Positions 37,355 through 49,493 of a stretch of DNA of 64,000 nt are shown one piece after another. The position numbers were made by a program, and so were the translations under genes. The notes under the pieces were generated by a model that ran no database searches, was not told where the DNA came from, and saw only the letters and a program-made list of their open reading frames with translations. Positions within the stretch are counted from its first letter, which is position 1. Every line of letters begins with the position of its first letter. The stretch is from Myxococcota bacterium (GTDB lineage Bacteria > Myxococcota_A > UBA9042 > PHBI01 > JAWLBL01), in contig JAWLBL010000001.1 of assembly GCA_041687695.1 (NCBI GenBank), positions 291,461 to 355,460 of the forward strand, given 5' to 3'.

Positions 37355-40279
37355 TCAGGGGCCGTCGAGCAGCGCCTCGAGATAGGCCGAGGGGCCGAGG
37401 TAGACGTCCTGGGTCTGGCAGCTCAGGCCGGCGCCCTCGAAGGCGCCCTGCCCGTCGCCGACCTTCCAGGCGCCGGAGGCGTCGAGCTCGAGCGTGGACC
37501 AGCGCAGCTGCTTGGCGATGGGCGGGGGCAGGCGGAAGCGAAGCGACCAGGCGCCGTCGGGGTCGACCGCGGGGTCGAGGTCGAGCAGCAGCGAGTGGTA
37601 GAGCGCCGGCCCGGGGCCGAGCAGGACGTCCAGGCCGGGCACGGGCGAGCCGAAGGTGACACGGACGCGGCTGGGGAAGGGGATGGTGGACCAGGGCACC
37701 AGCGGAGCGGCGGCGCGGTCGGTCAGCACCTGCTGGACCTCGACGGTGACCTGGGGGCCCGCGTTGGTGGCGCACCAGCGGCGCTGGATGAGGGAGGTGG
37801 CCGCGAAGACGTCCTTGGGGATGGCGGCCGTGTCGACCATTTCGCGCTCGGCGGCGGTCAGGGCCGGCGGGGCGCGGTCCAGCACGCGCACCTGCTTGAG
37901 GACCAGGCGGTCGGGCCCGGTCTGGGCCGGCGAGGTCATGGGCCAGGCGCCCGCCATGCGCTTCCACTCGAGGTCGAGGACCAGAGACGAGGCGCGCTGG
38001 GCCTTGGGGAGCGCGGCGTTGGCCTCGGCGAGCCAGAGGTCGGCGAGGGCGCCGATGTGCTGGAAGAGGAAGGCGAGCTCGGCGTCGCTGGCGACCTCGG
38101 CGGGGTCGGGGCTGGCGCTCTGCAGGCGGTCGATGCCCGCTGGCGTCACGCGCGAGACCTCGGGCAGCGCGTCGACGCCGGGCGGCGGGTTGGTCACGCT
38201 GAGGGCGCCGTGCTGGGCGTTGACCACCATCTCGCGGACGGGCGCGCCGACGAGCGGCTGGGCGACGGAGAAGGTGATGACGCCGTTGGCCTGCTCGTGG
38301 AGGTCCGTGTAGGTCGGGTGGACCAGCACCGCCATGTGGCCGCTGAGGTGATCGATGCCGGCGAGGCGCCGCTCCTCGAAGGCCTCGAAGGTCCAGTACG
38401 ACGCCCAGGTGCGCTTGACGGCCCAGGCGACGCTGCGCTCGCGCAGCTTGGCGCTCGCGAGCTGCTCGGGGAACAGGTAGCCGGTGTTCGAGTCGTACAG
38501 GCCCGCGCCGTTGAAGCCCTCGACGTCCTCGGCGGTGGACGACGAGCGGAAGCGGATGCCCTGCTCGGGCTGGAAGTCGCCGTAGCGCGCCAGCAGGGCC
38601 TCGCGGAGCGCGGCCTCGAACACCGGGTCGATGGCTTGCCGCTCGATGAGCCCCTTCAGGCCGCCTTGACGGCCGAGGTAGCCGATCCAGGTGCTGGCCG
38701 GGAACTGCTTGGGGAAGGTCTCGTCGAGCCACTTCAGGTCGGCCGGGCTGCCGGCGTGCTGCTCGCGGAAGGTCTCGCCGCCCTCGAGGGTGACGAAGCG
38801 GACGCGGCGGCCCTCGTCGTCCTTCCTGGAGAACTCGGGGTGAGCCAGCAGCTCCACGATCGTGGCACGCACCGGCTCGAGGTGCTCGGCGTAGGGGCGG
38901 ATCGTCAGGCACAGCGGCGCGCGCGGGAGCTCGAGCGCGGGCACGTCCTGGAAGGCCATCATCCCGGCGCACTTGCCGCCGATGAGGGGGATGAGCCCGC
39001 GGGACTCGGCGAGCGAACCTTCGGTCAGGTCGACCAGGGAGGGCGCCGTCGCGGGGTCGACCGGGGCGATGGTCCGGGCGCCCTGCCCTCTCTTGGCGAG
39101 CCAGGTCTTGTACTGGTCGCTGGTCAGCTCCTTCCAGCGCGCCGCGGCGTCGCGCAGCGCGAGGACGACGGGTTTGCCGTTGAGGGACCAGTCCTTCAGG
39201 CGCGGATCGTAGGCCGAGCCGCCGATGTAGGCGTTGGGCGTGCCGCGGCTCTTGGCCAGCAGGTTCAGGTGCGCGAGCGGCGTCTGCTGGGTCGAGGTGA
39301 CGATGCCCGCGACGGGGGGCAGGTAGTCGGGGACGCCCCCGAGGACCGCGATGTCGCTGGGGCCGAAGGACGAGCCGCCGGTCTCGAGGACCTCTCGCAG
39401 CTTCACGAAGCCCGCCGTGATGCCCTCGTTGTAGATGATGACCTCGCCCGGAATGACGAGATCCTCGGGCAGCAGCACTCGGTCCTTAAGCGGGCCGTCG
39501 CCGGCGCGGAGCTTGGCCGCGAGGCCGCGCTGGTAGGGCGACGAGCGCGCGAGCCAGTGCAGCTGGTCGCGGAGCTCGGGTGGCAGGCCCGCCTGGACGC
39601 GCTCGTCGTACACGAGCAGCTCGGCCTCGGTGGCCCTGTCCGGGTATTCGATCTCGAAGGCCCACAGCGCCTCGGGGCGCGGGCGCTCGGGGGCCGGCGC
39701 GAAGTACAGGAGCGACCCGGCGCCGAAGAAGCGCGGCTCAGCCTGCCACTTCCACTGTCCGGGAGCGGTCTGGACCTGCCGCCCACCGAGGACGGAGGCG
39801 TAGAAGTCCGGCGAGTACAGCCGCGACTCGTGCCAACGCAGGTCGAGCGGGGGCGCGCCGAGGGCACGGACGGCGTCGTAGAGGTGGGCGATGGAGTCGG
39901 CCCCGAGGTCGAGCGGCGCCTCGTCCCAGCCAGCGATGGCGACGCCGCTGAGCAGGCGGAAGAAGTACCACTCGTCGTGCAGCGCGTAGAAGGCGGGGTC
40001 GAGGAAGTGCAGCTCGCCCGTGGGCTCGCCGAAGCCGGTGAAGACGAACTTGGCCTGGGCCGGGCCGGCCGCCGGGGGGCCCGCGAAGGCGTGGAAGTCC
40101 GAGGGGCTCGCGAACCCGGCGACCGTGTGTCCGACGAAGTCCGGCGGGTCGACGTCAGACGGCGTGTCGGTGACCTCGGCGTCGAGGTTCACGTCGGCGC
40201 CCTGGTCGGCGTCGCCGCAGGCGGCGAGGCTCGCGACGACGGCGCAACAGAGCGAGGCTACGGCGCGGCGCCAGGTCAT
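37355..40279 (-). CDS. Lipoprotein with a phospho-His swivel domain and a PEP/pyruvate-binding (PPDK_N) ATP-grasp domain; putative dikinase
   Basis: Lipobox LAA-C; AGIVTSTQQTPLAHLNLLAKSRGTPN; IGGKCAG; RSSSTAEDVEGFNGAGLYDS; AVKRTWAS; MAVLVH; ANGV; LDLEWK; LKQVR. Confidence 0.85.
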   Translation of the reverse strand: MTWRRAVASLCCAVVASLAACGDADQGADVNLDAEVTDTPSDVDPPDFVGHTVAGFASPSDFHAFAGPPAAGPAQAKFVFTGFGEPTGELHFLDPAFYALHDEWYFFRLLSGVAIAGWDEAPLDLGADSIAHLYDAVRALGAPPLDLRWHESRLYSPDFYASVLGGRQVQTAPGQWKWQAEPRFFGAGSLLYFAPAPERPRPEALWAFEIEYPDRATEAELLVYDERVQAGLPPELRDQLHWLARSSPYQRGLAAKLRAGDGPLKDRVLLPEDLVIPGEVIIYNEGITAGFVKLREVLETGGSSFGPSDIAVLGGVPDYLPPVAGIVTSTQQTPLAHLNLLAKSRGTPNAYIGGSAYDPRLKDWSLNGKPVVLALRDAAARWKELTSDQYKTWLAKRGQGARTIAPVDPATAPSLVDLTEGSLAESRGLIPLIGGKCAGMMAFQDVPALELPRAPLCLTIRPYAEHLEPVRATIVELLAHPEFSRKDDEGRRVRFVTLEGGETFREQHAGSPADLKWLDETFPKQFPASTWIGYLGRQGGLKGLIERQAIDPVFEAALREALLARYGDFQPEQGIRFRSSSTAEDVEGFNGAGLYDSNTGYLFPEQLASAKLRERSVAWAVKRTWASYWTFEAFEERRLAGIDHLSGHMAVLVHPTYTDLHEQANGVITFSVAQPLVGAPVREMVVNAQHGALSVTNPPPGVDALPEVSRVTPAGIDRLQSASPDPAEVASDAELAFLFQHIGALADLWLAEANAALPKAQRASSLVLDLEWKRMAGAWPMTSPAQTGPDRLVLKQVRVLDRAPPALTAAEREMVDTAAIPKDVFAATSLIQRRWCATNAGPQVTVEVQQVLTDRAAAPLVPWSTIPFPSRVRVTFGSPVPGLDVLLGPGPALYHSLLLDLDPAVDPDGAWSLRFRLPPPIAKQLRWSTLELDASGAWKVGDGQGAFEGAGLSCQTQDVYLGPSAYLEALLDGP

Positions 40280-40367
40280 GCGTCGGGGGCTCCTGCGGTC
40301 GAGCGCAAGGAGTAGCAGACGCCGACGGTCGGGGAAAATGGCGGTCGCGCGGCGGAGCCCGGGGACC

Positions 40368-41219
40368 TCAGCTGGCCAGCTTCTGCTCGTCGGGCATGGT
40401 GGTCGTCACGACGCGCATGCGCCAGTCGATGGCGACGATCTCGCCCTGCTTCATGGGCAGCCAGACGTTCTCGCCCTGCAGCGGCTCGCTGGAGACGATG
40501 AGGTGGTTGACGAAGCCGGACTTGCTGGCGTGCTCGCACTCGAAGGCCAGCGCGGGGCAGCTGTCGCGGTCCGAGCAGCGGGTCTTGTAGCTGGACCAGT
40601 AGAGGTCCTTGCCGCCGTGGATGGCCGCGAGGGTGGTGCCGTTGGTCACCAGCAGGTTCAGCAGGGCGGACGACGGGGCATCGTCGGTGTCGGCGACGGC
40701 GCGGACGCGGGCCACCGTCTCGGTCAGGGCCTGCACGACGGTGTCGGCCCCGAAGCGGCGGTCGAGCGGCCCGTGGCGGCTCAGCTCGCTGAGCAGCAGG
40801 AAGAAGATGACCTCGCTGTCGGTGTCGCCGAGGACGAAGCGGCGCAGGCGCGGCGCCACGAGATCCATCAGGGCGTCGCGGCAGCGGTCGAACTTCGGGA
40901 TGTCGCCGTTGTGGGCGAAGACCCAGCGGCCGTGCTGGAACGGGTGGGTGTTGAGGACCGAGTTGACGCCGACGGTCGCCTTGCGGATGTGGGCGACGAC
41001 CGTCTCGCTGGCGACGATGCCGCTGACGCGCCGGAAGAGCGTGTCGTTCAGGGCCGTCGAGGCGCTCTTGGTGAGGTGCGGGCAGCCGTCGACGTAGTAG
41101 GCCACGCCCCACCCGTCGGGGTGGTTGCAGCTCTGCACCGCCAGGGCGTTGTCCGCGTCGAGGAGCGACCGGTGGACCTGGCTGGGGATGACGCTACGGA
41201 AACCGAAGAGGCGACACAT
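40368..41219 (-). CDS. Class II glutamine amidotransferase (YafJ/EgtC-like Ntn hydrolase)
   Basis: MCRLFG (catalytic Cys2), HPDGWG, AHIRKAT, NTHPF, FAHNG, GDTDSE, SSEPL. Confidence 0.92.
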   Translation of the reverse strand: MCRLFGFRSVIPSQVHRSLLDADNALAVQSCNHPDGWGVAYYVDGCPHLTKSASTALNDTLFRRVSGIVASETVVAHIRKATVGVNSVLNTHPFQHGRWVFAHNGDIPKFDRCRDALMDLVAPRLRRFVLGDTDSEVIFFLLLSELSRHGPLDRRFGADTVVQALTETVARVRAVADTDDAPSSALLNLLVTNGTTLAAIHGGKDLYWSSYKTRCSDRDSCPALAFECEHASKSGFVNHLIVSSEPLQGENVWLPMKQGEIVAIDWRMRVVTTTMPDEQKLAS

Positions 41220-41300
41220 GGCTCACAATGTGAAGAAGGCGCGACGTGGTGACAACCCACGTCGCGCCTTCGTTAGTTCACCCGAGCCTGGTCGTGACGC

Positions 41301-43157
<1,857 letters not shown>

Positions 43158-43314
43158 GGCGACCCTCCTCCAGAGCTGGTTGGGGGCTGCGCGGTGGCCT
43201 CGGTCCAGGGGGCGGACGGGCGGCGCGACCCTCTCACGGACACGGAGCATAGGCGCCGCGCCGGGCCGGGGCAACGAAAATGAATGATGGTTCAATCAGT
43301 CGCCGGGGCGCGGC

Positions 43315-44550
43315 TCAGATCCGGTGAATCAGAAAGCCGCTGGCGAGCTTGGGCTCGAACCACGTGCTCTTGGGAGGCATCACCTGGCCGGCGTCCGCGA
43401 CGGCGAACAGCTCGTCGAGGGAGGTCGGGTACATGGCGAAGGCCGCGCCCTGCCCTGCGGCGTCGACCCGCCGCTCGAGCTCGCCCGTGCCGCGGATGCC
43501 GCCGACGAAGTCGACGCGCGGGTCGGTCCTGGGGTCGGTGATCCCCAGCAGCGGCCCCAGGACGTGATCCTGCAGGATCGCGACGTCCAGGCGCGCGATC
43601 GGATCGTGCTCGTCGACATGCTCGGGCCGGGTCACGAGCTGCCGCCAGGTCCCCTGCAGGTACAGCCCGAAGCCGTGGCGGGCCGGCGGCTCGGCGGCGG
43701 CGCCCGGAGGCCCCACCTCGAACACCTTGGAGAGGGCCTCGAGGAAGCCGTCGGGGGTCAGGCCACCCAGGTCGGCCAGGACCCGGTTGTAGGGCAGAAT
43801 CCGTAGCTGATCGTGGGGGAAGACCACGGCCAGGAAGCGCTCGAAGGGCGCGTCGGTCGGCGCGTCGGGGTGGCGCTGGCGCCGAAGGTCGCGCGTGCGG
43901 GCGGCGCTGGCCGCGCGGTGGTGGCCATCGGCGATGTAGAAGGCGTCCAGCGCGTCCAGGGCCTCGGCGACGGCGGCCTGGTCGGCACCCTGGCGCACCG
44001 GCCACAGCTGATGGCGCACGCCGTTCGGCGTCACCACGTCCATCGCCGGCGCGCCCGCCGTCAGCCGCCGCTCGAGCGTCGCGAGCGCCTCGGTCGCCCG
44101 ACAGGCGAGAAACACCGGCCCCGCGTTGGCCGAGATGGCGTCCGTGTGGCGCGTCCGGTCGTCCTCCTTGTCGCGTCGGGTGTGTTCGTGGCGCTTGATG
44201 CGGCCCTCTTGGTAGTCGGCGACCTCGGCGCAGCCGACGAGGCCCGTCTGCACGTGCTCGCCCATCGTCAAGCGATAGAGCCACAGGGCCTCGCCCTCGT
44301 CCTCGACCAGGACGCCGTCGGCCACCATGCGCTCGAAGGCTAGGCGGGCCTGCGCGTAGGCGACGTCCGAGTGCGGGTCCGCGTCGGGCGGGAGGTCGAT
44401 CTCGGCCCGCGTGACGTGGAAGAAGCTGTCGGGGTTGCCGGCGGCGTAGCGCCGCGCCTCGTCGGTCGACACGACGTCGTAGGGCGGGCAGACCACGCGC
44501 GCGACGCGGTCGGGGGCGGGCTCGAGCGCTCGAAACGGGTGAAGGCGCAT
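43315..44550 (-). CDS. DUF1015 family protein
   Basis: MRLHPFRAL, PPYDVVS, IKRHEHTR, YIADGHHRAASA, ILPYNRV, MPPKSTWFEPKL; AGGAG RBS. Confidence 0.92.
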   Translation of the reverse strand: MRLHPFRALEPAPDRVARVVCPPYDVVSTDEARRYAAGNPDSFFHVTRAEIDLPPDADPHSDVAYAQARLAFERMVADGVLVEDEGEALWLYRLTMGEHVQTGLVGCAEVADYQEGRIKRHEHTRRDKEDDRTRHTDAISANAGPVFLACRATEALATLERRLTAGAPAMDVVTPNGVRHQLWPVRQGADQAAVAEALDALDAFYIADGHHRAASAARTRDLRRQRHPDAPTDAPFERFLAVVFPHDQLRILPYNRVLADLGGLTPDGFLEALSKVFEVGPPGAAAEPPARHGFGLYLQGTWRQLVTRPEHVDEHDPIARLDVAILQDHVLGPLLGITDPRTDPRVDFVGGIRGTGELERRVDAAGQGAAFAMYPTSLDELFAVADAGQVMPPKSTWFEPKLASGFLIHRI

Positions 44551-44883
44551 GGCGGCTCCTGATGCGGGGAGGTTCGCGCGGACCGTAGAACAGGTCCGCG
44601 AGGTCGGCAATCGCCGGGATCCCGAGATATCCACAGGGCGTTCCCCACGAGGGGGCGAAAAATCCCGCACCCGCGCCGAGCCCGGCTTCCGAGGGGCCAG
44701 GACCGCGCCGCGGGATCCCCCGCGAGGTCGAGTTCGCGACGATTCCCCCACCCGGCGCGCGCCCCGACCGGGGAAATGTCCGCAGACTGAGACCCCGCGG
44801 GCCGCAGGCGCGCGGCGGTCGGGCGGGCCTTTGGGGGCCGTGTCACGGGGGGCCGGGCCATCTGACGGCGTCCTTCGGCGGCG

Positions 44884-44899
44884 TGGCACGCGCCTTGCA
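44884..44899 (+). promoter_or_regulatory. Sigma54 (-24/-12) promoter
   Basis: TGGCACG-CGCC-TTGCA is an exact consensus match, 57 bp upstream of the ATG at 44957. Confidence 0.8.
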
Positions 44900-44956
44900 G
44901 CGTACTGGCCGCGACCACGCACCGTGGACGAGCGACCCCACCGAGAGGCCCCCATC

Positions 44957-45262
44957 ATGATGCGCTGTGAATACGACGACGATCGCGACCGGAGCTGGGA
45001 GAAGACGCGCGAGTGCACCCTCTCGCAGTTCGCCGCCCGCAGCGGGGCCCGCGCCGACGCCGTGCCGGCCGAGGTGATGGCCGCGCTGTCCCGCGTGAGC
45101 CAGCCCGAGGACCTGCGGGAGCTGGTCGACACGCAGCGGCCACACATGACGCGCCTGCAGTTCCTGCGCCTCGTCGAGGCCATCGAGCGCCTGTACGGGA
45201 CCGCCTTCACCCGCTGCAGCGGCCTCCCGGTCGATCGCCCCCGCCTCTCTGTCGCCTCCTGA
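44957..45262 (+). CDS. Small hypothetical protein (101 aa)
   Basis: GAGAGG RBS, upstream sigma54 promoter, G/C-ending codons, and a helical-looking sequence MMRCEYDDDRDRSWEKTRECTLSQF... Confidence 0.65.
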   Translation: MMRCEYDDDRDRSWEKTRECTLSQFAARSGARADAVPAEVMAALSRVSQPEDLRELVDTQRPHMTRLQFLRLVEAIERLYGTAFTRCSGLPVDRPRLSVAS

Positions 45263-45307
45263 GAAACGTCGCGTTCTGAGACGACCGCCGCCCACGTCGG
45301 GCGAAGG

Positions 45308-46234
45308 TCACCCCTGGACGCCCGGGCCGCGCCGACCCGCCTCGCGCGCGCGCCGCACCAGGGAGACGACCTCCTCGACGACCGTGTCGACCGAGCGGCC
45401 GGTGGTCTCGACGCGCGCGTGGGCCTGCCCGTACAGCGGCTCGCGCGCGGCGAGCATGGCCTCGAGCTGCGAGTAGGCTTGGGGGTTGCGCCGCATGGGC
45501 CGATCGTCGCCCTGCGCGATGACCCGCTCCCAATGATCGCGGGCGTCGGCGCGCAGCCAGACGGTCAGCGCACCCGCCCGGAGCAGGCGCCACGCGTCGC
45601 GGTGGGTGACCAGCGAGCCGCCCGTCGCGAGGACGGCGGGGCGCCCCTCGTCCAGGAAGGCCTCGAGGACGTCCCGCTCGAGCTGCCGGTAGTGGGGCTC
45701 GCCGTGGATGGCGAAGATCTCGGCCAACGAGAGGCCGGCGACCTCTTCGATCCGCTGGTCCAGCTCGACGAAGGGGAACCCCAGCACGCGGGCGACGCGC
45801 CGGCCCACGGTCGACTTGCCGGCGCCGCGGACGCCGAGCAGGGCCACGACGCCGGGGACCGGATCGCCGAGGGTCGCGTCGAGGGCGGCCTCGACCCGCG
45901 CGAGGGTGACCACGTCGAGGTCCGACAGGCGCGCGACGAGGCGCTGAAGGCGCGCCCGGTGCGGGTCGAGCGCGGCCGGCGCCGGGTAGGTCGCCTGGGG
46001 TTCGGCGGCGACGAGGGAGCGCTCGGGCTCGCCGAGCAGCGCCTCGAGCGGCAGCTCGAGGGCGGCGCACAGCTCCGACAGGCGCGCGATCGAGATGTTG
46101 CCCTGCCCGCTCTCGAGCTGGCCGATGAACCGGACCGACAGGCCGGAGGTGGCGGCCAGGTCGCGGAGGGTCTGCCCGCGCGCGAGGCGGGCCGAGCGCA
46201 CGCGGTGTCCCAGGCGGGTGAGCAGCGTAGACAT
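45308..46234 (-). CDS. boxR: BoxR/BzdR-type regulator (XRE HTH plus shikimate-kinase-like benzoyl-CoA sensor)
   Basis: LGHRVRSARLARGQTLRDLA...LESGQGNIS HTH; GVRGAGKSTVG P-loop; ERVIAQGDDRP; divergent from boxC. Confidence 0.88.
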   Translation of the reverse strand: MSTLLTRLGHRVRSARLARGQTLRDLAATSGLSVRFIGQLESGQGNISIARLSELCAALELPLEALLGEPERSLVAAEPQATYPAPAALDPHRARLQRLVARLSDLDVVTLARVEAALDATLGDPVPGVVALLGVRGAGKSTVGRRVARVLGFPFVELDQRIEEVAGLSLAEIFAIHGEPHYRQLERDVLEAFLDEGRPAVLATGGSLVTHRDAWRLLRAGALTVWLRADARDHWERVIAQGDDRPMRRNPQAYSQLEAMLAAREPLYGQAHARVETTGRSVDTVVEEVVSLVRRAREAGRRGPGVQG

Positions 46235-46238
46235 GGGG

Positions 46239-46283
46239 TGCAGTATAGTGCGCTTCGGTTTCGACGCAAGGCAGTATGCTGCT
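46239..46283. promoter_or_regulatory. Two BzdR/BoxR-type operator-like boxes
   Basis: TGCA-GTATAG-TGCG (46239-46252) and GGCA-GTATGC-TGCT (46270-46283): direct repeat GCAGTATnnTGC, 31 bp apart. Confidence 0.55.
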
Positions 46284-46299
46284 TGCATCGACGCCGCGG

Positions 46300-46313
46300 T
46301 TGATCTAGATCAA
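46300..46313. promoter_or_regulatory. FNR/CRP-family binding site
   Basis: TTGAT-CTAG-ATCAA is a perfect FNR consensus palindrome, 35 bp upstream of the boxC ATG. Confidence 0.75.
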
Positions 46314-46348
46314 GGCCCACCCTGTTCCCCCTGCCCAGCGAGTGGCCC

Positions 46349-48013
46349 ATGGCAAGCGAGCACAGCCCCCGCCCCGATCTGACCTTCGAGCGCCACCCCG
46401 ACACCTATCGGCACTGGCGCCTGACCGTGGACGGCGACGTCGCCACCCTGGTGATGGACGTGGACGAGGGGGGCGCGGTCGACGGCCGGACCGAGCTGGT
46501 CCTCAACAGCTACGACATCGGCGTCGACATCGAGCTGGCCGACGCCATCCGGCGCCTGCGCTTCGAGCACCCCCAGGTCCGGGCGTGCGTCGTGCGCAGC
46601 GGCAAGGAGCGCATCTTCTGCGCCGGCGCGAACATCCGGGTGCTGGCCGCCTCGACGCACGCGCACAAGGTCAACTTCTGCAAGTTCACCAACGAGACGC
46701 GCCTCGAGCTCGAGGACGCCTCCGCGGTCAGCGGCCTGAAGTTCCTGGCGGCGGTGGGCGGCACGGCCTCGGGCGGCGGGTACGAGCTGGCCATCGCCTG
46801 CGACGAGATCCTGCTGGTCGACGACCGCAGCTCGGCCGTCAGCCTTCCCGAGGTGCCGCTGCTGGGCGTGCTGCCCGGGACCGGGGGCCTGACGCGCGTG
46901 GTCGACAAGCGCAAGGTGCGACGCGACCGCGCGGACTGGTTCTCGACCATCGCCGAGGGCATCAAGGGCAAGCGCGCCGTCGAGTGGAACCTGGTCGACG
47001 CCATCGCGCCCCTGTCGCGCTTCGACGCCGCGGTGGCCGAGCGGGCGCGCCGGCTGGCCGACTCGGTGGCCGGCGACAAGCCCAGCGAGGGCATCCGGCT
47101 GCAGCCGCTGCAGCCCGAGATCGCCGAGGCGCGGTGGACCTACCGCTACGTCGACGTGGCGATCGAAGCCGAGCAGCGCACGGCGACGATCACGGTGGCG
47201 GCGCCCGAGAGCGTCGGGCCCGAAGCGCCCGAGGGCATCCGGGCCGCCGGTGGGGACTGGTGGCCCCTGCGCGCCTTCCGAGAGCTGGACGACGCGCTGT
47301 GCCGCCTGCGCTTCAACGCCGAGGAGGTCGGCACCGTCGTGTTGAAGACGCGGGGCGACCTGGACACCGTCCTCGCCGTCGACGACGTGATGGCGCAGCA
47401 CCAGGGCGACTGGCTGGTCGCCGAGACGCGCCACTTCATCAAGCGCACGCTCAAGCGGCTGGATCTCACCGCGCGCAGCCTGTTCGCGGTGGTCGAGCAG
47501 GGCTCGTGCTTCGCGGGGACGCTGCTGGAGCTGGCGTTGGCGGCCGACCGGACCTACATGCTGGCCGACCCTGACGAAGGCGTCGCCGTGGCGGTGAGCG
47601 CCGCCAACTTCGACGGGACCTACCCGATGTCCAACGGGCTGACGCGGCTCGAGACGCGCTTTCTGGGCGCGCCCGAGGCCGTGGGACGCCTGCGCGAGCG
47701 CCTGGGCGAGCGGCTGGTGACCGAGGACGCCGACGAGCTGGGCCTGGTGACCGACGCGCCGGACGATCTCGACTGGGAGGACACGGTCCGGGTGGCGCTC
47801 GAGGAGCGCGCCAGCCTGTCGCCGGACGCGCTGACGGGCATGGAGGCGAACCTGCGCTTCGCCGGCCCGGAGACCCTCGAGACCAAGATCTTCGGGCGCC
47901 TGAGCGCCTGGCAGAACTGGATCTTCATCCGCCCCAACGCAACCGGCGAGCAGGGCGCCCTGACCCTCTACGGACACCCGCAGCGGCCGGTCTTCGACTG
48001 GCGGAGGACCTGA
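46349..48013 (+). CDS. boxC: 2,3-epoxybenzoyl-CoA dihydrolase
   Basis: LNSYDIGVDIELADA, FCAGANI, KVNFCKFTNETR, GGGYELA, LTGMEANLRFAGPETLETKIFGRLSAWQNWIF. Confidence 0.96.
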   Translation: MASEHSPRPDLTFERHPDTYRHWRLTVDGDVATLVMDVDEGGAVDGRTELVLNSYDIGVDIELADAIRRLRFEHPQVRACVVRSGKERIFCAGANIRVLAASTHAHKVNFCKFTNETRLELEDASAVSGLKFLAAVGGTASGGGYELAIACDEILLVDDRSSAVSLPEVPLLGVLPGTGGLTRVVDKRKVRRDRADWFSTIAEGIKGKRAVEWNLVDAIAPLSRFDAAVAERARRLADSVAGDKPSEGIRLQPLQPEIAEARWTYRYVDVAIEAEQRTATITVAAPESVGPEAPEGIRAAGGDWWPLRAFRELDDALCRLRFNAEEVGTVVLKTRGDLDTVLAVDDVMAQHQGDWLVAETRHFIKRTLKRLDLTARSLFAVVEQGSCFAGTLLELALAADRTYMLADPDEGVAVAVSAANFDGTYPMSNGLTRLETRFLGAPEAVGRLRERLGERLVTEDADELGLVTDAPDDLDWEDTVRVALEERASLSPDALTGMEANLRFAGPETLETKIFGRLSAWQNWIFIRPNATGEQGALTLYGHPQRPVFDWRRT

Positions 48014-48015
48014 GC

Positions 48016-49428
<1,413 letters not shown>

Positions 49429-49493
49429 GTGGACCTCGGGGCTCGGTTCTTCTTCGTCCTCGAGGGCCACGCTCCGTCCGATGAGGCCTGTCG

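Noticed and set aside
37355..40279. Rifampin phosphotransferase or PEP synthase call
   Set aside because: The domain order is reversed (His domain before ATP-grasp), no pyruvate-binding barrel is apparent, and there is a lipoprotein signal.
44626..44636. DnaA-box-like ATATCCACA
   Set aside because: A single imperfect box with no cluster, AT-rich unwinding element or oriC-type gene context.
43158..45210. Long N-terminal extensions in the ORF track (acyl-CoA dehydrogenase to 43295, DUF1015 to 45210; likewise for mce, lysA, the pilins and the 50688 gene)
   Set aside because: Family-typical N-termini, RBS positions and stop/start overlaps support the shorter starts given.
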